NCBI GenBank assembly: GCA_051294905.1
Contig: CM119371.1
Location: 37,078,001-37,142,000 of the forward strand
DNA length: 64,000 nt
DNA from: Botryllus schlosseri
Lineage: Eukaryota
Reading direction: 5' to 3'
This document shows, piece after piece, positions 62,217 to 64,000 of this stretch. Made by a program: the position numbers and the translations under genes. Under the pieces are notes generated by a model. The model saw only the letters and a list, made by a program, of their open reading frames with translations. It had not been told where the DNA came from and did no database searches. Within the stretch, counting starts at the first letter, position 1. Each line of letters begins with the position of its first letter.

Positions 62217-63724
62217 GGGACGACATTTGCTCAGAAGAGTCACTTTGAACTCCATATGACTATCCTTGCCGGCATCAAACATCTTGTCTGCAATATTAAC
62301 AATAAAGTTCGAACATCCCCCAGACGTGGCGTCCGAGTGGCATTACAGTCCAAATCTACCCCATACGTAATGCCGTCCGGCCGCTGGCATGCAATATCTG
62401 TTTACGAAGCGACTAGCAATCGTTAGCGGCAACTGGGTACTCATCCGTTAATCACGTGTTGCGCATCTATCCGTAGATTAGTTATCCATAGTCAAACGCT
62501 TCGTAGACACTCGGCCTCGTCTGGCGTCTGAGCCGGTTCAACTTCTGTTGCATTCATGGGCATAGTCGTATTGAACTTACTGGAAGCCAAACACCCATGT
62601 TTAAAGTCCATTTCTGGTGAACTCCCGATTAATCAATTGTTTTCATATCACCTTACTGTGTGCACCGAAATCGGGAGTGGTCTTGTTATGAACAGTTACT
62701 GGGAGTCAAGATGATCGCTTGAATTCACTAATGAATTTCGCCATTGATATTAGTAGTTTCACATATTACTATCGAATATTTGAATGATGAAGGGTGTGTT
62801 TTCAAAGATCTAGGGCAAGTTATGAATGCTAATGCATCTTAGGACTTCGTTGCATGCCGTTTTTTCTTGAGATTACGTCAGGATTGTCGGTATAGTGGTA
62901 AGATGTTGGAATCCCCCAAACGTACCAGAAACAAATTTCTTTCATAAAGAGCACATGGTTACAAATTGGTATTCATATCTTTTTCCTCTGCTGTTCACAT
63001 CTGTCCTGTGGGGCTTGCAAAGGGCGCGGCACTATATTAAAATCGAAAATTTAATGAAGTCACAATGAATCGCGCATAGCGCAAAGAAAATCTCAAGCGT
63101 AATTAAAATTCCTAAAAAATTCGAGAGTCAAATCATAAATTCAATTTGCATGTAGACGGCCGCCGACACATACTAAGTGAATTACATGTTGACAGCCGCT
63201 CAAAATTCTTTCTACGGCCTCAGGCTGCAGGGTTGTAACCTTGTCACAAGTCAATTGACGAAATGTGTATCAATAATATGGTAATTTTACTATTCTTCGA
63301 CGTTACAATGAAATGTCTGTCCTGGCCGCCCTAGTGTCGAGTCATATGACTTGGTTCGAGTAATGCACAATGACTCGAGTCACTAAAATATCTCGAGTCG
63401 AGTCATTACAACCCTGGCAGGTTGGCCAGCCATGAGCGAGAGTATCGATTTCCAGTGCATTACAACAAGTGTTTCACATGGCATGCTGTTGTGTTTCAAA
63501 TTGCCATAAATATTGTGTTACTATTGTTACAGATAAGTTTTAGTCCCCGAAAATTCAAAAGTTCTGTATACAGGATAACGTGACTATGACTGGTAATTGG
63601 CTATGCTGCTGCCACAAGATTAAAAGAAATGTAAGGTCGGAAGGAAAGGAAGTAAAAACGACCTAGTACTTTTCAACGAAACACCCACCTTGGAATAGAA
63701 CATATATATAAGAGGAATGCACGC

Positions 63725-63976
63725 TTAATTGATAGTATAACATACTAGAATCTGTATGTATAATGACTTGAACGTTGTCATCAAATGCTCAACCCTCTGC
63801 TTGAGTGAATGAAGATTGAGGAAATCGTTAGATTTTACCGGGCAGTAATCGCAGGGGAACTTATGCATTGATTTATCAATCTCTAGCTTACTCATATCTT
63901 CTATGTTTAGAACTCCAAAACTTTGGAGTAGGGTAATTATTTGGTAATGTAATATTATTGTGCTGAAATGTTGCAA
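63725..63976 (-). mobile_element. Decayed LINE ORF2 C-terminal fragment
   Basis: LLQSFGVLNIEDMSKLEI..MHKF.C..CP...NDF aligns with LLKRFGVLNIEDMRKLEIAKFMYQFHCGRCPEYFNDF of the 35.7-kb LINE. Confidence 0.8.
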
Positions 63977-64000
63977 TATTTTAAATTTTTTGCTGTAATA

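Overview
AT-rich eukaryotic (animal, probably invertebrate) genomic DNA; no prokaryotic features. The backbone is a tandem segmental duplication. Its unit carries (i) decayed 3' exons of ACTR10/Arp11 and (ii) a downstream gene made almost only of C2H2 zinc fingers with a non-canonical HAGVKNH linker. There are three ZF arrays (about 16.1-17.4, 23.4-25.3 and 60.9-62.2 kb), one finger-less remnant (about 31.55 kb) and two ACTR10 pseudogene copies (4.3-9.4 and 33.3-38.1 kb). The units are heavily interrupted by transposons: a near-intact hAT with one homopolymer frameshift, many hAT-type MITEs with 8-bp TSDs, GG..CC-ended TIR elements carrying TTAGGG-containing repeats, CR1/L2-group and RTE LINE pieces, a tRNA-derived SINE, Sola-like relics and a Penelope-type minimal hammerhead ribozyme motif. 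The most unusual object is a young 2-kb non-autonomous LTR element (51542-53540). It has no tRNA primer-binding site; the 15 nt directly after its 5' LTR are perfectly complementary to a segment of its own LTR just downstream of the TATA box, which suggests Tf1-like self-priming. All homology calls were made by eye from remembered motifs, not from database searches.
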